In this document: piece after piece, positions 19,362-26,242 of the stretch
Layout of the letters: the number at the start of each line of letters is the position of its first letter
Position numbering within the stretch: position 1 is the stretch's first letter
IMG/VR virus record: IMGVR_UViG_3300017785_000957
Location: 1 to 31,723 of that record
Direction: 5' to 3' (one strand)
Origin: a virus
Taxonomy: Duplodnaviria > Caudoviricetes
Length of the DNA stretch: 31,723 nucleotides
Translations under genes and position numbers: made by a program
The notes under the pieces: generated by a model
Seen by the model: only the letters and a program-made list of their open reading frames with translations
Told to the model about the DNA's origin: nothing
The model's database searches: none

Positions 19362-19664
19362 ATGAACGGAATCCCTAAATCAGTATTGATTGGGGGCATC
19401 GTATTCCGCATTCTGGTTAAGAGGATGGAGTCTTGGGGTGAGATGCATTTCGAGGAACGTGAGATCCACATATCTGAAAAAGCACTATCCACACAAAAAA
19501 TATTGCTTGACACGTTAATGCATGAGATGCTTCATGCGTCATTGTCTGTATCTGGAATATCTTGGTGCGACAAGTATGAAGAAGAAGCTATCGTGAGATC
19601 AATCGAGAATATCTTCTTTCCAGCATTCGATTCAATTAAAACCAAAATCACAAATGGCATTTAA
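19362..19664 (+). CDS. Small zinc metallopeptidase-like protein (HExxH)
   Basis: TLMHEMLHA followed by EEAIV. Probable start ATG 19362 rather than 19242. Confidence 0.75.
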   Translation: MNGIPKSVLIGGIVFRILVKRMESWGEMHFEEREIHISEKALSTQKILLDTLMHEMLHASLSVSGISWCDKYEEEAIVRSIENIFFPAFDSIKTKITNGI

Positions 19665-20382
19665 GAAGTTTTTAGTCTGTGCTGATAATCATGGGCATCT
19701 TGTCAATCAAGAATGCTTATCCAAATTCGTCCAGTTTAAGAAAGACTGGAAACCTAATTACACGATCTGTCTTGGGGACATTTGGGACATGAATGGACTA
19801 CGCAAATCTGCTAATGACGAGGAGAAGCGAGAAGGTGTTTCAGCGGATTTTAAAGCTGGTATTGAGTTTCTGGACATTGGGTTTGATTACCTAACCCTTG
19901 GGAACCATGATGCGAGGCTCTGGGAGGCCGCTGAAGGAGCTTCAAACGGAATCCTGCGTGAATCATGCCAAGACCTTGTAAGGTGCGTCACAATCGAATT
20001 GAACAAGCGTAAGATCAAATGGATTCCGTACAACGTAAATTCGTATCTTCAGCTTCCAGAAGGAGGGCCAAAGCTCATTCATGGATTCCTTGCAGGACAA
20101 AGTCCCGCTAAAGCACATTTCGAGCGATTCGGGAGTTGTTTGTTTGGTCATGTCCACGCTCCAAGTTCATATGTCGCCAAACACATTGATCAAGGTCAAG
20201 CGTACTCCTTGGGATGCATGGCAGACATTGAGTCAATGACTTACGCTGAACGATACCCAAACCGCCTTGGATGGCGTAATGGTTGGGGATTCGGCATAAT
20301 CAATGACAAGACAGGGAAATGGAGCTTCTGGCACGTTAACAAAGAAGATGGTCACTACATCTCCCCTATGGGAGTTTTGTAA
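19654..20382 (+). CDS. Calcineurin-like metallophosphoesterase
   Basis: DNH, LGDIWD, GNHD, HG and GHVH motifs all present in order. Confidence 0.9.
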   Translation: MAFKKFLVCADNHGHLVNQECLSKFVQFKKDWKPNYTICLGDIWDMNGLRKSANDEEKREGVSADFKAGIEFLDIGFDYLTLGNHDARLWEAAEGASNGILRESCQDLVRCVTIELNKRKIKWIPYNVNSYLQLPEGGPKLIHGFLAGQSPAKAHFERFGSCLFGHVHAPSSYVAKHIDQGQAYSLGCMADIESMTYAERYPNRLGWRNGWGFGIINDKTGKWSFWHVNKEDGHYISPMGVL

Positions 20383-20443
20383 TGTGTGATACTATATCAT
20401 AATACACCCACTTTTTGTCTAATTTTTACTACGTTAACACAAT

Positions 20444-20677
20444 ATGAAATCAGAAACGCAAAAAGCTATATCAAGCCTTGATTTTGCAATCGCAGAATGT
20501 ACCCGCCCATCCAAAATGGATGATGAGTTTACGTTAGCTGAATACATCGTGAAATCAAAAATTCCACGAACCACGGCACAACAAAATCTTGATAACCTTG
20601 TAAGGAGTGGACTCTTGAGCAAGCGGAAGATTTCCATTGATGGATCTCTTCGCAACTTGTTCAAGAAAACCTGCTAA
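20444..20677 (+). CDS. Small winged-helix DNA-binding protein
   Basis: FTLAEY...IPRTTAQQNLDNLVRSGLL followed by a beta-hairpin. Confidence 0.6.
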   Translation: MKSETQKAISSLDFAIAECTRPSKMDDEFTLAEYIVKSKIPRTTAQQNLDNLVRSGLLSKRKISIDGSLRNLFKKTC

Positions 20678-21255
20678 ATTGCAGAGTGCTTTCGATAGCT
20701 TTCCCAATCGAAGTGCAAGCCTAGTCCATTTTCACGGATTCTATCAAGTATGGCTGGAGACATTGCTTGTGCAAACTTCTCCCTTGAGTAATTGGAAATC
20801 AGCATTGTCGGTCTACCATCAGCGTATCTTGCGTCTATGATTGACGTTAGTTTGCGATCCTCGAAAGAAGTCTCTCCACGTTCCTGGATCTCGTCAATGA
20901 CTAGGAATGCAGCTTCAGAGTATTTCTTGACAATCTGCATCTCTGACATTTCAGCTTTAGGCGTGAATGACTCACGAAGCTCCATGAATAGCATCACGGC
21001 GGTAGTGTAGTAACACGGCCTTGACTTGCGAATTGAAGACATTCCAACTGGTGGGAACTCCGATCTTGGCATATTGCAGACCTTTGCAAGCTCATAAGCC
21101 ATGCGAGACTTGCCCGTGCCATTGGTTCCGTAGGTGACGAGTATCCCTCCAGATTCGACTACTGGCTTGCTCTTGTTGAATGCTTCAATCCACTTATCTC
21201 CAATGGGAGGTGTTGCGTCCTTGTATCGTTCTGGGAATCCTTTAATGATGTTCAT
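20674..21255 (-). CDS. DnaC/IstB-like AAA+ ATPase (helicase loader)
   Basis: Walker A GTNGTGKS, Walker B LVIDE, IIDARY, TMLISN and ILDRIRE motifs. Confidence 0.9.
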   Translation of the reverse strand: MNIIKGFPERYKDATPPIGDKWIEAFNKSKPVVESGGILVTYGTNGTGKSRMAYELAKVCNMPRSEFPPVGMSSIRKSRPCYYTTAVMLFMELRESFTPKAEMSEMQIVKKYSEAAFLVIDEIQERGETSFEDRKLTSIIDARYADGRPTMLISNYSREKFAQAMSPAILDRIRENGLGLHFDWESYRKHSAI

Positions 21256-21259
21256 TGCG

Positions 21260-21490
21260 TTAGTAGTTGTTCAAGATGTTCGTGATTGAATACTTCTTTC
21301 TCATGTCGATCAAGGTTGATTTGTCGATTGGTTGAGTTTTCTCAATCTTTTCTGACTCTTCCGTTCTAATCAGCCTTTCTACGGCTTGGGCTTGGGTGCA
21401 TTTAAGCCTCTTGGACAGCCTCTGGATACGTTGGTACGTCTCTGCGGTAATCCGTATCGTTATCTGCATCCCACGCTCTTCTGCGGTCAT
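21260..21490 (-). CDS. Ribbon-helix-helix-like DNA-binding protein (start uncertain; frame open to 21700)
   Basis: ITIRIT beta strand followed by two helices (AETYQRIQRLSKRL, QAQAVERLI). Confidence 0.55.
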   Translation of the reverse strand: MTAEERGMQITIRITAETYQRIQRLSKRLKCTQAQAVERLIRTEESEKIEKTQPIDKSTLIDMRKKYSITNILNNY

Positions 21491-21506
21491 TGGGGTGCGT
21501 CCACAA

Positions 21507-21719
21507 TTAAAAACAAACCCTTTCCTGTCCCTGCTCGTTCTCCATTTCGGAGGCCCAGTCACGGCTATTAATGGGACTCCTATCGACTTTACCCAACCAT
21601 GATCGCTCTGATTGCTGTCTTGGATTGTCGAACAACTGTCTGATTGGGTTGTTTCTCCATCCGTATCCGTACTCTCCGTCATATTCGTCGGAATCTTCAT
21701 CGAATTGATGTTGGTTCAT
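21507..21719 (-). CDS. Hypothetical acidic protein, 70 aa
   Basis: First ATG after the promoter at 21743-21771. Confidence 0.45.
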   Translation of the reverse strand: MNQHQFDEDSDEYDGEYGYGWRNNPIRQLFDNPRQQSERSWLGKVDRSPINSRDWASEMENEQGQERVCF

Positions 21720-21742
21720 TTGATCGGAAGTAGGTTTCCGCG

Positions 21743-21771
21743 ATCTTATTGTTAATTTTCATTGATTGCAA
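21743..21771 (-). promoter_or_regulatory. Sigma70-type promoter upstream of the RHH/DnaC-like genes
   Basis: Minus strand TTGCAA-N17-TAAGAT in an intergenic gap. Confidence 0.6.
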
Positions 21772-21777
21772 GTTGTT

Positions 21778-21969
21778 TTATTTGATCTTGTAGTAGCGGT
21801 CACGGCATCTCTTCTGTTGTTTGGCTTTCTTCTCTGGGTCAAGATACGCTTGCTTCTTGCATTCGGAAATGCATCTGATGCAACGAGTCCTGTGGCTTAT
21901 GTAGAAGTGGAAGATTGGTTTATCCTTTTGGCATCGTCTGCACCATTGAGTCTCAATGACCTGTGTCAT
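21778..21969 (-). CDS. Small zinc-finger protein
   Basis: CRRC...CIRC followed by a basic helix; probable start MTQVIE at 21969. Confidence 0.65.
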   Translation of the reverse strand: MTQVIETQWCRRCQKDKPIFHFYISHRTRCIRCISECKKQAYLDPEKKAKQQKRCRDRYYKIK

Positions 21970-22318
21970 CTTGGACTTTCTTTTTGAGATCATCCAAGTC
22001 CTCCCAAACTTTGTTAAGCCTGTCCACAGCTTCTTGTACTTGACCCTCAAGCATTTCATCATATTCAAGATACATATCCCTCCATCGTTTTGCTTCTTCT
22101 TTCCATAAGTCACGTTCTGCAATGGCGGTATCGAGAAGGTCGCTTGCACAATCTGCTGCTGATTTTAATCCGTCCCGTTGGCGTTCTAAACGTCTGCATA
22201 ACGCAACGATTGGATGCGTGTATGTAAACTTCCCATTCAGAGACCAATGATCTTCTTCTAGGAATCTGATATGCTTACCTTCTCTAACGCAGTTATCTGT
22301 CTCTGGTGTTTCACTCAT
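21953..22318 (-). CDS. Hypothetical coiled-coil protein (MSETPETD...LERQRD type)
   Basis: ATGA-coupled to the upstream gene; coiled-coil heptads. Confidence 0.7.
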   Translation of the reverse strand: MSETPETDNCVREGKHIRFLEEDHWSLNGKFTYTHPIVALCRRLERQRDGLKSAADCASDLLDTAIAERDLWKEEAKRWRDMYLEYDEMLEGQVQEAVDRLNKVWEDLDDLKKKVQDDTGH

Positions 22319-22818
22319 TGCTTTGAGTTGTTTATGTACTGTGATGTGAATTCTTGTCGGTTGTACCCCCAGCGGCCTATGTGTTTTCGTTCGGGCTGGT
22401 TAAGCTGTAATAGGTTTAATAAATAATCCCGCTCTGCTACTAACTCGGCGTGACCCGTTTGCCAGATGTGGCAACTGCGGATGGCTTCGTCCCGTTCTCG
22501 TTCTAGTTTTTGGCATAAAAAAACAATTGGATTTTCATGTGTAATTTCATTGTCATTTATTTGTGTAATTCCAATTATACCCGCAATAATTTCTCCAGAA
22601 GGGCCTACATATATTTCCCAAGTGCGCGGCTCTGGTTTGATGCGGTAATGGTCTGGGGCGTTCGTCCATTTAAATTCAGAATTGCAAGCAATATCCTTCC
22701 ATTTGAAATCAAAATTGTAAGGGATAGTCTCCATTAGGAGACATTTAAATTGAATTGTCTTCCCATCTGCCAGTGCCTGCACAAGTGGCAGGTATAAGTG
22801 TGCGTTTTCTTTATTCAT
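22315..22818 (-). CDS. Hypothetical composite protein
   Basis: ALADGKTIQ...YRIKPEP N-terminal module plus LERERDEA C-terminal module; coupled on both sides. Confidence 0.7.
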   Translation of the reverse strand: MNKENAHLYLPLVQALADGKTIQFKCLLMETIPYNFDFKWKDIACNSEFKWTNAPDHYRIKPEPRTWEIYVGPSGEIIAGIIGITQINDNEITHENPIVFLCQKLERERDEAIRSCHIWQTGHAELVAERDYLLNLLQLNQPERKHIGRWGYNRQEFTSQYINNSKQ

Positions 22819-23981
22819 GTTAGTAGTTCGGCTAAAAGAGTTCTGAATGCTCGCTCTGCTGTTGCTGGGACAACTCCGTTTCCGAGTAGTCGCAGCTCGT
22901 CTGTGCGATTGTCACAGGTGACGCACAACTCGGCATAGTCCAGCCCACGGGTAGTCCCATCAACGTCTCTACCCAGCGTGGGTTGAGTTTCGCTGACAAA
23001 ACATTTGGAGTCACTTGGCTCTTGAGTGGCAGATGAAGATTTACACCCTTCTGTTTTTGATTTTCTGCTCTCTTCTTCCATTGTTCCCTCGTCTCTGGTT
23101 GGTTCCAGTCGAATGCGTTTGGAGTTGCCCACGACTTCTGCTCCTGTTTCACCGCTATAGGTAATGGTCGATGCAAATTGATTCCTTGTGCCTTTTTCCG
23201 TATTGCTCTCGCATCCCATGATTCTAGCGATTCGTCGATTTGACCGTCCATTGTCCGAGTTGTTGGCCACGACTCTTGGCGGCTCCCATCCGTGCTGGGG
23301 CTGGCTGGGGCGGGAAGGCCATGATTCGGCTGATTCCCGATCTTCCCAGCCTCTTGCACTGTCGGTATCGGCCAGTTCTTCTGCTGGTCCACTACCGCAT
23401 CGCTCAAGTAGCGTTGCCCCTTGCCAGTTTTGTCGTAGTAGGCTCCACGCTCGTTGCTCCCCATGTGCATCGTAGGCCATGATGAAGACTCGCTTGCGTT
23501 GGTGAGGTGCGCCGACTTCACGCGCTGAGAATATTCCCCACGACACTTTGTAACCCAGTTCTTCCAAGTCGCTGATAACGCTGGAGAGTCCCAGCGTGAT
23601 GTGTCCTTCGACGTTCTCAAAGAAGCAGATCTTGGGTCGCATAAGTCGAATTCCGTCTGCGATGAAAGGCCAAAGGTGTCTTGGGTCGTCTGATCCTGCT
23701 CGCTTCCCTGCTGCGCTAAATGGTTGACATGGGTAGCCGGAAGTAAGGATGACCACTCGGCCACGAAACTCTTCCCAAGGGAAGGTTTTAAGATCCGTCC
23801 AGATAGGAGCGCAGTCCATGAGTCCCGCTTCCATTTTTGCAACCAAGTTCGCGCAGGCGAATGCTTCGATCTCACAAAGAGCGACTGAGCGCAGATCTGG
23901 GATTGCTCTGCTAAGTCCAAGCTCAATGCCTCCGTATCCAGCGCACAAGCCAACGTGTGTAATTGTTTTGGAAGTATCCAC
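22815..23981 (-). CDS. DNA cytosine-C5 methyltransferase, catalytic (alpha-like) chain: motifs I-VIII and X
   Basis: LCAGYGG (I), GYPCQPFS (IV), FFENV (VI), PHQRKRVF (VIII), LRLLGNGVV (X). No motif IX in this frame. GTG start. Confidence 0.92.
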   Translation of the reverse strand: MDTSKTITHVGLCAGYGGIELGLSRAIPDLRSVALCEIEAFACANLVAKMEAGLMDCAPIWTDLKTFPWEEFRGRVVILTSGYPCQPFSAAGKRAGSDDPRHLWPFIADGIRLMRPKICFFENVEGHITLGLSSVISDLEELGYKVSWGIFSAREVGAPHQRKRVFIMAYDAHGEQRAWSLLRQNWQGATLLERCGSGPAEELADTDSARGWEDRESAESWPSRPSQPQHGWEPPRVVANNSDNGRSNRRIARIMGCESNTEKGTRNQFASTITYSGETGAEVVGNSKRIRLEPTRDEGTMEEESRKSKTEGCKSSSATQEPSDSKCFVSETQPTLGRDVDGTTRGLDYAELCVTCDNRTDELRLLGNGVVPATAERAFRTLLAELLT

Positions 23982-23983
23982 AT
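22832..23983 (-). CDS. Overlapping-frame methyltransferase partner (beta-like) chain carrying motif IX and WPT repeats
   Basis: 383 codons open across the whole MTase gene; ATG 2 nt before the MTase GTG; LNPRWVETLMGLPVGWT at 22937-22987; four W-P/A-T/I modules. Confidence 0.75.
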   Translation of the reverse strand: MWILPKQLHTLACALDTEALSLDLAEQSQICAQSLFVRSKHSPARTWLQKWKRDSWTALLSGRILKPSLGKSFVAEWSSLLPATHVNHLAQQGSEQDQTTQDTFGLSSQTEFDLCDPRSASLRTSKDTSRWDSPALSATWKNWVTKCRGEYSQRVKSAHLTNASESSSWPTMHMGSNERGAYYDKTGKGQRYLSDAVVDQQKNWPIPTVQEAGKIGNQPNHGLPAPASPSTDGSRQESWPTTRTMDGQIDESLESWDARAIRKKAQGINLHRPLPIAVKQEQKSWATPNAFDWNQPETREQWKKRAENQKQKGVNLHLPLKSQVTPNVLSAKLNPRWVETLMGLPVGWTMPSCASPVTIAQTSCDYSETELSQQQQSEHSELF

Positions 23984-23994
23984 TATTGTTTTGG

Positions 23995-24276
23995 TTATTG
24001 TTTCCAGTTCTTAATCTTCAGCTTTTCAGCCAGGACGAGGCCTGCCTCCTCCTCGGTTGCAGCCTTGGCTGAAACCTGTGTGCCACTTTTGTAGCACATC
24101 CATTGGTTCTCAACTTGGTTACAGATGATCCCCTTCTCACGCATCCACTGGACGCGCGGGCTAGGGCTATCGGTCATTTCAAACAGGATATCCATTTTTC
24201 GGAATATGTTGTCGTAGTTTTGCCCATAGATTTGGGCATCTACTGGCCGTAGTGAATCCCCTTTTCCTGCGCTCAT
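23995..24276 (-). CDS. Hypothetical protein (GKGD..RPVD...NYDNIF peptide fused to an SPR..WM module)
   Basis: ATGA-coupled; C-terminal part is paralogous to 25341-25547. Confidence 0.65.
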   Translation of the reverse strand: MSAGKGDSLRPVDAQIYGQNYDNIFRKMDILFEMTDSPSPRVQWMREKGIICNQVENQWMCYKSGTQVSAKAATEEEAGLVLAEKLKIKNWKQ

Positions 24277-24476
24277 TTGATCAGCTTGTACTTGGCAAAG
24301 ACCTTGCCATTCAAGTGCTGGTTGAGGGTTTCAATGGAGTAACCTTGTTTGCGTAGGTCATGGATTCTAGCTCCAAGCCTAAAGCAGCCCCACTTGTTCA
24401 ATGCTTGAATCGGAGTAATTGAATACCCACGATTTAGCCATGATTCCAGTTTTTCAATAATCGATTTCGTTTTCAT
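24273..24476 (-). CDS. Winged helix-turn-helix protein (HTH_39-like)
   Basis: SITPIQAL...GCFRLGARIHDLRKQGYSIET...AKYKL. Confidence 0.8.
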   Translation of the reverse strand: MKTKSIIEKLESWLNRGYSITPIQALNKWGCFRLGARIHDLRKQGYSIETLNQHLNGKVFAKYKLIK

Positions 24477-24657
24477 ATGGTTGTTCTTGTGTTTCAAATT
24501 CAAACTTCTCGTTTAGTTCGTACCAAATTGCTCTGTCAATCTCCTGACCGACAACTTCATCAGTTGGGTCTTCAGAGTGCTTCTTGGCTTTTCGGAATCC
24601 ATAACGAATCCCTGTTTCAATGCAGTCTTGTAGGATATTGTGTATTTTAGGCTTCAT
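24454..24657 (-). CDS. Conserved hypothetical phage protein
   Basis: CIETGIRYG.RKAKKH...P pattern; probable start MKPK at 24657. Confidence 0.65.
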   Translation of the reverse strand: MKPKIHNILQDCIETGIRYGFRKAKKHSEDPTDEVVGQEIDRAIWYELNEKFEFETQEQPYENEIDY

Positions 24658-24670
24658 CGTTGTTTTCTGG

Positions 24671-24907
24671 TTACGAGATAAGATTGACTTCAATCTCCCT
24701 CATCTCAAGCACTATTTTCATGTATTTTCGTGCAGTCTTTTTGTCCGAGATGGATTCTAGCTTCTTTTTAAGGCATTTCTGGCATTCATGGCCTCCCCTA
24801 GCTTGTTCTTGGCAATGCTCATTCCAGCATTTTGAGTAGGTTGACGGCCATCTTGGGAATTGCCTGTGAATAAGTAAGAATAATTGCTCCTTTTCGTATG
24901 GGGTCAT
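24671..24907 (-). CDS. Small Cys-rich (zinc-binding) protein
   Basis: CWNEHC...CQKC; ATGA overlap with the resolvase stop. Confidence 0.6.
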   Translation of the reverse strand: MTPYEKEQLFLLIHRQFPRWPSTYSKCWNEHCQEQARGGHECQKCLKKKLESISDKKTARKYMKIVLEMREIEVNLIS

Positions 24908-25338
24908 TTCTGCCTCCTTCCGAATTCAGCGATCAAGAGTGAATCTGCAATGGCATGGGTCACCTTGATGTTTGGAAACATCTCTTGAGCCTTTGCCTTA
25001 GTAATGCCCTTGTCGCCCTTTGTGAGGCATCCTAAAGCCTTCTGCCAGACTTGTGGCCTAACTCTCTCAAATGGTATCTCGCAAGCCGTCAGAGCCATTT
25101 CCAGATGACCAAAGCCATTGCCAAAGGTAAAAGCACTTTTAACACCCATTTGGGGGCTTGAATGCACTTGCTCCAGATAAGCTCTGCAATTTCCATCATA
25201 GCCCACGCTATAAGAATTAAGCAATTCATACAGATCCTGCAAAGTTTCTGGCATTTTTTCAGCACAAGCATTTCCTTTTTCATCAATTACGGCAATTCCT
25301 CCGTTAGTTCCTGGATCTAACCCGATTACGCAAGACAT
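24904..25338 (-). CDS. RuvC-like Holliday junction resolvase
   Basis: IGLDPG, YLEQV, SAFTFG, PQVWQK and ADSLLIAEFG motifs. Confidence 0.85.
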   Translation of the reverse strand: MSCVIGLDPGTNGGIAVIDEKGNACAEKMPETLQDLYELLNSYSVGYDGNCRAYLEQVHSSPQMGVKSAFTFGNGFGHLEMALTACEIPFERVRPQVWQKALGCLTKGDKGITKAKAQEMFPNIKVTHAIADSLLIAEFGRRQK

Positions 25339-25340
25339 AA

Positions 25341-25547
25341 TTATTCGTTCCATATTTTGATTTTTAGTTTCTTTGCGAGTCCAATAATGGCGTAGTTTTC
25401 ATCATTATCCCTGCAAAAGTGCTTTGTTCGCTCCTTGTAAGCAATCCAAGACGCATCTTTTGATTGCTCAACTTTAATTGAGTGATGTTTCATCCATTTT
25501 AAGCGAGGCGAGAGTTCTTCTGGGAGATCGGTGAAAAGGCTTTCCAT
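25341..25547 (-). CDS. Hypothetical protein (SPRLKWM module)
   Basis: Paralogous to the C-terminal part of 23995-24276. Confidence 0.65.
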   Translation of the reverse strand: MESLFTDLPEELSPRLKWMKHHSIKVEQSKDASWIAYKERTKHFCRDNDENYAIIGLAKKLKIKIWNE

Positions 25548-25687
25548 AAGTTTTTAATGATTCTGATTACAAACCAACTTGGTTTCTTCTGACTCCGTTT
25601 TCCAACGGCCATCATAATTTCATAAGTTAGTAGTGGGTCACGTCCAATGACGTAAAGTGGTGATGAGAATGTAGTGATTCGTTTCAT
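25499..25687 (-). CDS. Hypothetical protein
   Basis: ATGA-coupled to the upstream gene. Confidence 0.5.
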   Translation of the reverse strand: MKRITTFSSPLYVIGRDPLLTYEIMMAVGKRSQKKPSWFVIRIIKNLWKAFSPISQKNSRLA

Positions 25688-25884
25688 AGTAGTTCGCGTC
25701 TATGTCTCCAGATTTCCTTTTGGCTCCTTGGCAACTCAACGATCACGATATCACATCCTGCGAATGTATCGAGTGCGCTTTGGAACCATTCCTGTTCATG
25801 TTCTGTGGTATTGTATCCAATAGTCATTGGCACATACCCTTGTTCTTTTGCTTCTGTTTCGTTTAAGATTTCGATGTTTTTCAT
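25684..25884 (-). CDS. Hypothetical protein
   Basis: 66 aa with AT-rich leader; coupled to the next gene. Confidence 0.6.
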   Translation of the reverse strand: MKNIEILNETEAKEQGYVPMTIGYNTTEHEQEWFQSALDTFAGCDIVIVELPRSQKEIWRHRRELL

Positions 25885-25956
25885 AAAATTAAAGTTGCCC
25901 CAAGAATAACGGATGGGCCAGCCGTCATGAGTATGCCTATTCTTTGGCCGATTGTT

Positions 25957-26229
25957 TCAGAACGGAATGTCGTCGTCCTCTAAAGCCTGTTTTACTTGGT
26001 TGTCAAATACCTTAATCTTGGCATTTCCAAGGATTGGGCCTTTGTTCCCTGCTTCTTTTTGCTCCTTGCTTACGTCCTGCACGACAAACCCATCATTTCC
26101 GTACTGATCTGGATCTTCACGAAGAAGAACTGTCAGATTGAGATATTTTGCCTTTGTTTTCGGTGAGGTGTAAATCAGCGACTTGTCAATTTTGTCGAGA
26201 TTCAGATTCAGTTTAATCAGTTGTTTCAT
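25957..26229 (-). CDS. Putative single-stranded DNA-binding protein
   Basis: Beta-rich body (KYLNLTV...DQYGNDG...PILGN) with acidic DDDIPF tail; follows ERF and exonuclease genes. Confidence 0.7.
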   Translation of the reverse strand: MKQLIKLNLNLDKIDKSLIYTSPKTKAKYLNLTVLLREDPDQYGNDGFVVQDVSKEQKEAGNKGPILGNAKIKVFDNQVKQALEDDDIPF

Positions 26230-26242
26230 TGTTGTTTTGTTT

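Noticed and set aside
23188-24072. Plus-strand ORFs antisense to the methyltransferase
   Set aside because: Explained by higher GC and the stop-poor dual-coded sequence; no motifs.
24556-24565. Another CTGATGA on the minus strand (plus several in plus-strand genes)
   Set aside because: No flanking hammerhead stems or GAAA/UH arrangement; ordinary Asp/Glu codons.
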